Shown here one piece after another: positions 7,526-14,842 of a stretch of DNA of 24,000 nt. The position numbers were made by a program, and so were the translations under genes. The stretch spans positions 3,144,776 through 3,168,775 of the forward strand of contig NZ_RKRA01000001.1 in assembly GCF_003814705.1 (NCBI RefSeq), read 5' to 3'. The DNA is from Georgenia muralis (GTDB taxonomy: Bacteria; Actinomycetota; Actinomycetes; Actinomycetales; Actinomycetaceae). The notes under the pieces were generated by a model. It saw only the letters and a program-made list of their open reading frames with translations, was not told where the DNA came from and did no database searches. Position 1 is the first letter of the stretch. Every line of letters begins with the position of its first letter.

Positions 7526-8302
7526 GTGGAGACCTGGGCCACCCAGGAGGAGCTCGGCCGGCGTCTCGGGGTCGATACCCAGGCCGCGGGGGAGCTGCTC
7601 ATCAGTGCTGGACTGAAGGTGGGCCGGGAGGCCACCCCCGACGCGCTGTCGCGGGGGCTCGCGGCGCCGGACGTCTCGCCGCTCGGCCGGCCGTTCCTCC
7701 GGTGGCAGACCGCGGAGGTCCTCCCGCTCCTCGAGCCCCTGGCGCGGCGCCTCCAGGAGGCACCGGCCGTCCCGGCCGCCCGTCCGTCCAGGACGCCTGC
7801 CAAGCGCCGCTCCCCTGCCACCCCCCCGAGGGCCACCCGTCCGCCCGCCACCGCGCCGGCAGCCGGCACGACCTTCGACGCGGTGATCGCGGTTCGCGCC
7901 GTCGCCGACCCGGACCCGGGGCCGACCGGCTGGGCCTACATGAACCAGCGCACCAGGGTCACCACGACCGGCGCGATGCCGTACGCGACGGAGAAGGAGG
8001 GCGAGCTGCTCGCCGTCCTTCACCTGCTGGACCACGCGCCGTCAGAGGCCCATCTCCTCATCAGGACCGACTCCGAGCACCTCGTGAAGGTCGCGACGGT
8101 GTGGGGGCCCACCTGGCATCGCAACGGCTGGAAGCAGCGCGACGGGCAGCGCCCGGAGGACCTCGCCCTCGTCGAGCCGCTCCTGACCACCATCGCGAAG
8201 CGGGCCGGCCGCGCCAGGTTCGGGCTGGCCGACAGCGGCGACGAGTTCATCGTCGCGGCGACCCGGAGTGCGCTGGAGGCCGCGCACCAGGAGAGCTCCT
8301 GA
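7526..8302 (+). CDS. RNase H-like domain protein with an unknown N-terminal domain and a Pro/Ala/Arg-rich linker
   Basis: The C-terminal 140 aa resemble RNase HI: GPTGWAY, EKEGELLAVL (E48 position), LIRTDSEHL (D70 position), WHRNGWKQRDGQRPEDLALV (compare E. coli [20 protein letters not shown]) and ADSGDEF. The ORF is open from GTG 7481, but GTG 7526 has GGAAGGAG ending 6 nt upstream and is preferred. Confidence 0.7.
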   Translation: METWATQEELGRRLGVDTQAAGELLISAGLKVGREATPDALSRGLAAPDVSPLGRPFLRWQTAEVLPLLEPLARRLQEAPAVPAARPSRTPAKRRSPATPPRATRPPATAPAAGTTFDAVIAVRAVADPDPGPTGWAYMNQRTRVTTTGAMPYATEKEGELLAVLHLLDHAPSEAHLLIRTDSEHLVKVATVWGPTWHRNGWKQRDGQRPEDLALVEPLLTTIAKRAGRARFGLADSGDEFIVAATRSALEAAHQESS

Positions 8303-8320
8303 CCGAGTCACCGACCGGCA

Positions 8321-8340
8321 GGGGCGGTCGCGGTCGCCCC
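8321..8340 (+). terminator. Hairpin GGGGCG-gtcgcggt-CGCCCC, 19 nt after the RNase H-like gene stop
   Basis: Read directly. No U tract. Confidence 0.35.
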
Positions 8341-8751
8341 CGCACGACGACCTCGGCGACAGTCCCGGCAGAGGGAGGGCAATGTGGCGTCCTTCTACCC
8401 CCCGGTCGACGCAGCACGTGTCCCTCATGTTCCACACCGGGGGCCGCACTCCCTGACCCGACCGGGCTGCTCGAGGGCGAGGGGGCGGTGTCCCAGGGTC
8501 GCGCGTTTCCTCGACGAGAGCGACCTCGAGGCCAAGGCACCTGCGCTCCGTGGCCCGGTTGCCGCCTGGATCGAGCTGAGGAGCGACCGTAGCCGTCGCG
8601 CGGACGGCGTGCTCCTGCCTCCCCGTGCTCACTGCTCCCGGGCGCCGGGGAGTACGGTCGGAAGACACAGCAGAGACGGACGCCGAGCTGCACGGGTCCT
8701 CGTGACGACGTGGCCCGCACCGCTGCGGCGTTCCAGGTGAAGGGACTCCAC

Positions 8752-9828
8752 ATGCGCGCTGCCCGGTACCACGGCCGAGGGGACATCCGGATCGAGGAGC
8801 TGCCGGAGCCGGAGGTGAGGCCCGGCGAGGTCGGCATCGACGTCGCGTGGTGCGGCATCTGCGGTTCCGACCTCCACGAGTACCTCGAGGGCCCGATCTT
8901 CGTGCCGGCGCCCGGCCACCCGCACCCGCTCTCGGGCGAGTCGGCGCCGATCACGCTGGGGCACGAGTTCTCGGGCGTGGTCTACGCCCTGGGCGAGGGC
9001 GTGGACGACATCGAGGTGGGCCAGCACGTCGTCGTGGAGCCGTACATCATCCGCGACGACGTCGACACCGGACCGCGGAGCAGGGACTACCACGTCTCGG
9101 CGGACATGGGTTTCATCGGGCTGTCCGGCAACGGCGGCGGCCTGGGCGAGAAGGTCTCCGTCAAACGCCGGTGGGTCCACCCGATCGACAGCGCCGTGCC
9201 GCTCGACGAGGCGGCGCTGCTCGAGCCGCTGTCCGTGGGGTACCACGCGGTGGACCGGTCGGGTGCGAAGGCCGGGGACTTCGTGCTCGTCGGCGGCGCC
9301 GGCCCGATCGGTCTACTGACGGCCGCGGTGCTCAAGGCGAAGGGCGCCACGGTGGCGGTGACCGAGCTCAGCGAGCTGCGCCGGCAGCGTGCCCTCGACA
9401 CGGGCGTCGCCGACCACGCGTTCGACCCCACCCAGGTCGACGTGGTCGAGGAGGTCAAGCGGCTGACCGGTGGTCGCGGCGCCGACGTGGCCATCGAGGC
9501 CACCAGCGCCCAGCCGGTGCTCGACACCCTCATGAACGCGCTGCGCCCCACCGGCGTCCTGCAGGTGGTGTCCATCTGGAGCAAGCCGGCGTCCGTCGAC
9601 CTCTTCCAGCTGGTCATGAAGGAGATCGACGTGCGCGGCTCGATCGCCTACGTCAACAACCACCCCGACACCATCGCGCTCGTGGAGTCGGGCACGATCG
9701 ACCTCAAGCCGTTCATCACCGGCAAGATCGGTCTTGACGACATCGTCGACAAGGGGTTCGAGACGCTCATCCACCACAACGAGACCGCCGTGAAGATCCT
9801 CGTCTCCCCGTCCGGGAAGGGGCTCTGA
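8752..9828 (+). CDS. Zn-dependent medium-chain alcohol dehydrogenase, 2,3-butanediol dehydrogenase-like
   Basis: MRAARYHG..DIRIEE.PEP...PGEV.I.V.WCGICGSDLHEY..GPIF.P....HP..GE.AP.TLGHEFSG is the butanediol dehydrogenase N-terminal signature. A GxGxxG-like nucleotide motif (LVGGAGPIGLL) is present. The start is taken at ATG 8752 with GAAGGGA upstream; the track ORF begins at 8710. Confidence 0.9.
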   Translation: MRAARYHGRGDIRIEELPEPEVRPGEVGIDVAWCGICGSDLHEYLEGPIFVPAPGHPHPLSGESAPITLGHEFSGVVYALGEGVDDIEVGQHVVVEPYIIRDDVDTGPRSRDYHVSADMGFIGLSGNGGGLGEKVSVKRRWVHPIDSAVPLDEAALLEPLSVGYHAVDRSGAKAGDFVLVGGAGPIGLLTAAVLKAKGATVAVTELSELRRQRALDTGVADHAFDPTQVDVVEEVKRLTGGRGADVAIEATSAQPVLDTLMNALRPTGVLQVVSIWSKPASVDLFQLVMKEIDVRGSIAYVNNHPDTIALVESGTIDLKPFITGKIGLDDIVDKGFETLIHHNETAVKILVSPSGKGL

Positions 9829-10646
9829 GCCGGCGCGGCCGGTAGCGGCGCAGGATCCTACCGGGCCGCCTCGCCGAGCCAGATCTCCGCCCGGATCCGG
9901 GCGCAGATCTCCAGCATGGTGGACGTCGACCGCCGGATGGACATGGACGACGTCGTGGTGTGGATGGGCCCCGGCCTGCACCTGGTCCAGTACCCCGTGC
10001 GCGCCGGCAAGCTCTACAACCAGGTCGCCGTCTTCCGCAGCCAGGAGTTCCTCGAGGGCAGGGCGGACTGGGGCACGCCGGAGGAGCTCGACCGCACCTA
10101 CGCCCGCATGTGCGAGCAGGTGCGCGTGGCCATCCCGGCGCTCGGGCGCGTCCACCGCTGGCCCATGGCCGACCGTGAGCCGCTCGGCACCTGGACGAAG
10201 GGCCGGGTCTCCCTCCTGGGCGACGCCGCGCACGCGATGCTCCAGTACCTCGCCCAGGGCGCCGGGCAGTCGCTGCTCGACGGCGCCGCCCTCGCCGAGG
10301 CCCTGCCGGGGCTGGGCGACGGCGCCTGGTCGAGCGAGGCGGTCGGCGCCGCCCTCGCGCAGTACGAGGACCAGAGGGTGGCGCAGCCGGGAACGTGCAG
10401 ACCACCGCGCGCGTGTGGGGCGACATCTGGCACGTTGACGACCACGTGGCGACGATCCTGCGCGACCAGGCGTTCCGGTCCCGGGACGTCTACGACTACA
10501 GCCTCGTGGACTGGCTGTACGGCCCGGTCCGCGCCGACCACGCGGCGGTCGTTGACGACGCCGCGCCGGCGTCGTTGGCCGTCCCGCCCGTCCCCGCCAC
10601 GCCCGCCCCCGCCATGCCCGCCCCCGTCACGACCGCCCACGCCTGA
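9829..10646 (+). pseudogene. 3-hydroxybenzoate 6-monooxygenase / salicylate-hydroxylase-type FAD monooxygenase remnant (N-terminally truncated and frameshifted)
   Basis: Only the C-terminal half is present: VVVWMGPGLHLVQYPVRAGKLYNQVAVFRS..., GDAAHAMLQYLAQGAGQSLLDG. The FAD-binding GxGxxG N-terminus is absent, and the open frame starts right after the ADH stop. Homology moves from the frame of ORF 9916... to the frame of ORF 10395..10646 (NVQTTARVWGDIWHVDD...DYSLVDWLYG) near ccggga at 10387-10392, consistent with a 1-nt deletion. Confidence 0.8.
9880..9912. repeat. 9-bp direct repeat CAGATCTCC (9880-9888, 9904-9912) flanking a perfect 14-bp palindrome GCCCGGATCCGGGC (9889-9902)
   Basis: Read directly. 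It lies at the 5' edge of the truncated monooxygenase remnant, 52 nt after the ADH stop. Confidence 0.85.
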
Positions 10647-10660
10647 GAAGGAGCCCACTC

Positions 10661-11776
10661 TTGACCACCACCGACCAGCCGATCGCCCACGGATCCGTCG
10701 AGAACGCGATGACGCAGGGCGACAGCCCCGAGCTGACCCAGCTGTACCGGGACCTCGACGCCGAGCACCTCCACCCGCTGTGGACCCAGCTCGACGACCT
10801 CATGCCGATGGAGCCGGCCCCCAAGGCCGTGCCGCACGTGTGGAAGTGGTCCACGCTGTACCCGCTCGCGCAGCGCTCCGGCGACCTCGTCCCCGTGGGG
10901 CGCGGCGGCGAGCGGCGCGCGATCGGCCTGGCCAAGCCCGGCCTGGGCGGCAACACCTACATCTCCCCGACGCTGTGGTGCGCGATCCAGTACCTCGGGC
11001 CGAAGGAGACCGCGCCGGAGCACCGCCACTCCCAGAACGCCTTCCGCTTCGTCGTCGAGGGCGAGGGGGTCTGGACGGTCGTCAACGGCGACCCGGTGCG
11101 CATGTCGCGCGGCGACCTGCTGCTCACCCCGGGCTGGAACTTCCACGGCCACCACAACGAGACCGACCAGCCGATGGCCTGGATCGACGGCCTCGACATC
11201 CCGTTCTCCTCCGCCAACGACGTGGGCTTCTTCGAGTTCGGCTCGGAGCGGGTCACCGACTACGCCACACCGAACTTCTCGCGCGGCGAGCGGCTGTGGA
11301 CCCACCCGGGCCTGCGTCCGCTCTCGGGTCTGCAGGACACCGTCTCCTCCCCGATCGGTGCCTACCGGTGGGAGCACACCGACCGGGCCCTGACCGAGCA
11401 GCTCCTGCTCGAGGACGAGGGCCAGCCGGCCACCGTCGAGCAGGGCCACGCCGCCGTGCGCTACGTCAACCCCACCACCGGCGGCGACGTCATGCCCACC
11501 ATCCGGGCGGAGTTCCACCGGCTCCGCGCCGGCACCGCGACCCCCGCCCGCCGCGAGGTCGGCTCGACGGTGTTCCAGGTCTTCGAGGGCTCCGGCTCCG
11601 TGGTCCTGGGCGGCACCGAGCACCGGCTCGAGGTCGGCGACCTGTTCGTGGTGCCCTCCTGGGTGCCGTGGTCCCTGCAGGCGGACACGCTGTTCGACCT
11701 GTTCCGTTTCTCGGACGCGCCGATCATGGAGCGTCTGCACTTCGACCGTGTGCACGTCGACGGAGGCAACCGATGA
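10661..11776 (+). CDS. Gentisate 1,2-dioxygenase (bicupin)
   Basis: 371 aa. Cupin metal-ligand context EHRHSQNAFRFVVEGEG and HGHHNETDQPM. Typical family blocks are LHPLWT, WKW, PTLWCAIQYL and RF.DAP. The TTG start at 10661 has GAAGGAG 8 nt upstream. Confidence 0.92.
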   Translation: MTTTDQPIAHGSVENAMTQGDSPELTQLYRDLDAEHLHPLWTQLDDLMPMEPAPKAVPHVWKWSTLYPLAQRSGDLVPVGRGGERRAIGLAKPGLGGNTYISPTLWCAIQYLGPKETAPEHRHSQNAFRFVVEGEGVWTVVNGDPVRMSRGDLLLTPGWNFHGHHNETDQPMAWIDGLDIPFSSANDVGFFEFGSERVTDYATPNFSRGERLWTHPGLRPLSGLQDTVSSPIGAYRWEHTDRALTEQLLLEDEGQPATVEQGHAAVRYVNPTTGGDVMPTIRAEFHRLRAGTATPARREVGSTVFQVFEGSGSVVLGGTEHRLEVGDLFVVPSWVPWSLQADTLFDLFRFSDAPIMERLHFDRVHVDGGNR

Positions 11777-12636
11777 AGCTCACCACCATCCGCCTGGCCG
11801 GCGGCGCGACGGTCGCCGCCCGCGTCGACGGCGACACCGCCGTCGAGCTCGGCTTCGCCGACGTCGGCGACCTCCTGCGCCGCGGTGACCTCGGCGCCGT
11901 CGCGACCGCCACCGGCGCCACGCACGACCTGGCCTCGGCCGAGCTGGCGCCCGTGGTCGTCGCGCCCGCCAAGATCGTGTGCGTCGGGCTGAACTACCGC
12001 AACCACATCCTCAAGATGGGCCGGGAGCTGCCCGAGCACCCGACCCTGTTCGCCAAGTACCCGGACGCGCTCGTCGGCCCCCGGGACGAGATCCAGCTGC
12101 CGCCGGAGTCGGACAAGGTGGACTGGGAGGGCGAGCTCGCCGTCGTCATCGGCAGGACGGTCCGACGCGCCGACGCCGAGCAGGCGGCGGCCGCCATCGC
12201 CGGGTACTCGGTGCTCAACGACGTCACCATGCGCGACTACCAGTACCGCAGCCCGCAGTGGTTCCAGGGCAAGACCTGGGAGCGCTCGACCCCCCTCGGC
12301 CCGGTCCTCGTCACCCCCGACGAGATGCCCGACGGCGCCCAGCTCGTCACCCTCCTGGACGGCGAGGAGGTCCAGCGCACCCCGGTCGACGACCTCGTCT
12401 TCTCCGCGGTCGAGCTGGTGCGGTACATCTCCACGATCTTCACCCTCAACCCGGGTGACGTCATCGCCACCGGCACCCCGGGCGGGGTGGGCCACGCGCG
12501 GAGGTCGGGCCGGTACATCACCGCCGGCCAGACCCTCACGACGAGGATCGACGGCATCGGCGAGCTCGTGAACGTCGCGGTGGCCGAGCAGCTCGACGCC
12601 GCTGCGGCGCGGGAGCCGGACGTGGTGCGGGCATGA
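11773..12636 (+). CDS. FAH-family hydrolase, probable fumarylpyruvate hydrolase
   Basis: Signature KIVCVGLNYRNH, WEGELAVVIG, NDVTMRD.Q, QW..GK and GDVIATGTPGGVG. The ATG overlaps the dioxygenase stop (ATGA at 11773-11776). This is the 3' part of the artificial 906-aa track ORF. Confidence 0.85.
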   Translation: MKLTTIRLAGGATVAARVDGDTAVELGFADVGDLLRRGDLGAVATATGATHDLASAELAPVVVAPAKIVCVGLNYRNHILKMGRELPEHPTLFAKYPDALVGPRDEIQLPPESDKVDWEGELAVVIGRTVRRADAEQAAAAIAGYSVLNDVTMRDYQYRSPQWFQGKTWERSTPLGPVLVTPDEMPDGAQLVTLLDGEEVQRTPVDDLVFSAVELVRYISTIFTLNPGDVIATGTPGGVGHARRSGRYITAGQTLTTRIDGIGELVNVAVAEQLDAAAAREPDVVRA

Positions 12637-13412
12637 GCACGACGACGGAGGAGGAGGCCCGCGCCGCCCTGCGCGAGCGCCTGGGTGCGGGGGCGCGCTA
12701 CGACGACCCGGCCGCCCCGGCGCGTGAGCTCGGGTGGGCCCGGCGCGGCACCGCCTACTTCGCGCGCAAGCTCAACGAGCTCAGCGACGACCAGCTCGAC
12801 GAGCCGAGCCTGCTGCCCGGGTGGAGCCGGCGCGCGCTGGTCGCGCACGTGGGCTACAACGCCCGGGCGCTGACGCGGCTCACCGAGTGGGCGGCGAGCG
12901 GTGTCGAGACGCCGATGTACGCCTCGCCCGAGCAGCGCAACGCCGAGATCGAGCGAGGCTCCACCCTGCCGGCCCGGGCCCTGCGCAACCTCTTCGCCCA
13001 CTCCGAGGTCCACCTCAACGTGGAGTGGCGTGACCTCCGTGCGCAGGCGTGGGACGCCGAGGTGGTGACCGCGCAGGGGCGGACCGTCCCGGCCCGGGAG
13101 ACGGCGTGGATGCGGGCCCGCGAGGTTTGGGTCCACGCCGTCGACCTCGACAACGGCGGGTCCTACCTCGACCTCCCGCCGGAGATGCTCGACGAGCTCG
13201 TGGCGGACGTGCTGCGGAGCTGGGCCCGCAGGGGCGAGGAGGTCGACCTCGTCCTGGCCCCGACCGACCGGTCGGCGACGCACGCCGTCGGTGCCGACGG
13301 CCCGACCGTCTCGGGCACCACCGCCGACCTCGTCCGCTGGCTGACGGGGCGGGGCGAGCGGCGCCTGACGTCCAGCACGGGCACCGTCCCCGCCGTGCCC
13401 CGCTGGCTCTGA
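12633..13412 (+). CDS. Mycothiol-dependent maleylpyruvate isomerase (MDMPI/DinB-like)
   Basis: 259 aa with an N-terminal DinB-like helical region (...LPGWSRRALVAHVGYNARAL...REVWVHAVDL...). Its position is after the gentisate dioxygenase and hydrolase. ATGA start/stop overlap at 12633-12636. Confidence 0.8.
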   Translation: MSTTTEEEARAALRERLGAGARYDDPAAPARELGWARRGTAYFARKLNELSDDQLDEPSLLPGWSRRALVAHVGYNARALTRLTEWAASGVETPMYASPEQRNAEIERGSTLPARALRNLFAHSEVHLNVEWRDLRAQAWDAEVVTAQGRTVPARETAWMRAREVWVHAVDLDNGGSYLDLPPEMLDELVADVLRSWARRGEEVDLVLAPTDRSATHAVGADGPTVSGTTADLVRWLTGRGERRLTSSTGTVPAVPRWL

Positions 13413-13422
13413 TGGCGCCCGT

Positions 13423-13450
13423 CCGGCCGGCGTGATCGCGCGCCGGCCGG
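13423..13450 (+). terminator. 10-bp GC stem CCGGCCGGCG-N8-CGCCGGCCGG immediately after the gentisate cluster
   Basis: Perfect inverted repeat read directly, starting 11 nt after the stop at 13410-13412. Confidence 0.55.
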
Positions 13451-13840
13451 GCCGCCGTCCTCCGTGCGCGGGAGGCGTGATGGTGGCGGCTCTCGTCCGC
13501 CCGGCGCCCGAGCCGTCCGGGACATGTGTTCTGCAGGTTGTCCGTAGTCCGAACATGGCGTCAGGTCTGGCGAAGGCGGTGCTCGCTCCGCCCGCTCCTG
13601 ATCGGTCTGCCAACAGGCGTGCGTGGATCGGACGTCGGTGCCGCATCTCCGAGCGCGGAGTTGGTCTTCCCGACAGTGCTGCGGCACACGTCCCCGACGG
13701 CGCTGATCACCCTCTCGTCGCAGTCCCGGAGCGGCGTCGTGCCACCAGGCGAGAAGGGATCGCCCGGATGGTGGGCAAGCGTCTAGCCTGCGCGGTGACG
13801 GACCGCCCTGCCGTCCCGGCCCCGCCGAAAGGACCCCACC

Positions 13841-14842
13841 ATGATGCGCCCCGCGCGCCTGCTCGGCGCCCTCGCCGCCTCCGCCCTCCTCCTCGCCGGC
13901 TGCGGCTCGACCGACGACGACGCGCCCGCCGGCGGCGGCACGGACGCCACCGGCGCCGCCGCAGAGACCGTCGAGATCGGCATCACCCAGATCGTCTCCC
14001 ACCCGTCCCTCGACGCCGCGCGGGAGGGCTTCAAGCGCGCGCTCGCGGAGAACGGGGTCGAGGCCACGTACGACGAGCAGAACGCCCAGGGTGACCAGTC
14101 CACCGCCACATCCATCGCCAACACGTTCGCCACGGGCGGGAAGGACCTCGTCCTGGCCATCGCCACACCCACGGCGCAGGCCGCGGCGCAGGCGATCACC
14201 GACGTCCCCGTGCTCTTCACCGCCGTCACCGAGCCGGCGGAGGCCGGGCTGGTGGACAGCTGGGAGGCGCCCGGCGGGAACCTCACCGGCACCTCGGACC
14301 TCAACCCGGTCCGTGAACAGCTCGAGCTGCTGGTCGAGATCGCGCCCGACGCCGAGACGGTCGGCATCGTCTACAGCTCCGGCGAGGTCAACTCCGAGGT
14401 GCAGGTCGAGCTCGCCAAGGAGGCGGCCGACGAGCTCGGCCTGACGATCGAGGAGGCCACCGTGAGCACCTCCGCCGAGGTCCAGCAGGCCGCCCAGTCC
14501 CTCGAGGTCGACGCGTTCTACATCCCCACCGACAACGCCGTCGTCTCGGCGCTCGAGTCCGTGATCGCCGTCGCCGAGCAGCGCCAGGTGCCCCTCGTCG
14601 TCGGCGAGTCCGACAGTGTGGAGCGCGGCGGCCTGGCCACCTACGGCATCGACTACGACAAGCTCGGCTACCAGACCGGGCTCATGGCGGTCCAGATCCT
14701 CACCGAGGGCGCCGACCCGGCCGAGATGCCGGTGGAGACGCTCGAGGAGCTCACCCTCGTCGTCAACAGCGGCGCGGCCGAGCGCATGGGCGTGAGCATC
14801 CCGCAGGCGGTCCTCGACCGCGCTGACACGGTCGTCGAGTAG
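13841..14842 (+). CDS. ABC transporter substrate-binding lipoprotein (ABC_sub_bind / COG2984 type, substrate unknown)
   Basis: Signal peptide plus lipobox: MMRPARLLGALAASALLLAGC. Family blocks are IGITQIVSHPSLDAAREGFK, LAIATPTAQAA, PVLFTAVTEP and NLTGTSD. Confidence 0.9.
   Translation: MMRPARLLGALAASALLLAGCGSTDDDAPAGGGTDATGAAAETVEIGITQIVSHPSLDAAREGFKRALAENGVEATYDEQNAQGDQSTATSIANTFATGGKDLVLAIATPTAQAAAQAITDVPVLFTAVTEPAEAGLVDSWEAPGGNLTGTSDLNPVREQLELLVEIAPDAETVGIVYSSGEVNSEVQVELAKEAADELGLTIEEATVSTSAEVQQAAQSLEVDAFYIPTDNAVVSALESVIAVAEQRQVPLVVGESDSVERGGLATYGIDYDKLGYQTGLMAVQILTEGADPAEMPVETLEELTLVVNSGAAERMGVSIPQAVLDRADTVVE

Noticed and set aside
6398-8592. ORFs 6398..7435 (345 aa) and 7435..8592 (385 aa) overlapping the heliorhodopsin and RNase H-like genes
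   Set aside because: They are Arg/Gly/Pro-rich alternative frames. The heliorhodopsin and RNase H-like frames carry the homology.
9916-12636. A single 906-aa ORF in the track spanning the monooxygenase through the hydrolase
   Set aside because: It is a chimera. Only its first 160 codons (monooxygenase remnant) and last 287 codons (FAH hydrolase from ATG 11773) are genic. The middle is an out-of-frame, Pro/Arg-rich reading through the gentisate dioxygenase gene.
13570-13650. Partial resemblance to riboswitch cores: CCTGATCGGTCTGCCAACAGGCG versus the TPP element ACCTGATCTGGATAATGCCAGCG, and CTGGCG ... CCGCCCG versus the ZTP/pfl motif
   Set aside because: The partner conserved elements (CTGAGA for TPP; GGGTCGTGAC and CCGCCTGGGC for ZTP) are absent, and the downstream genes are not typical targets. 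It is kept only as an unclassified structured region.
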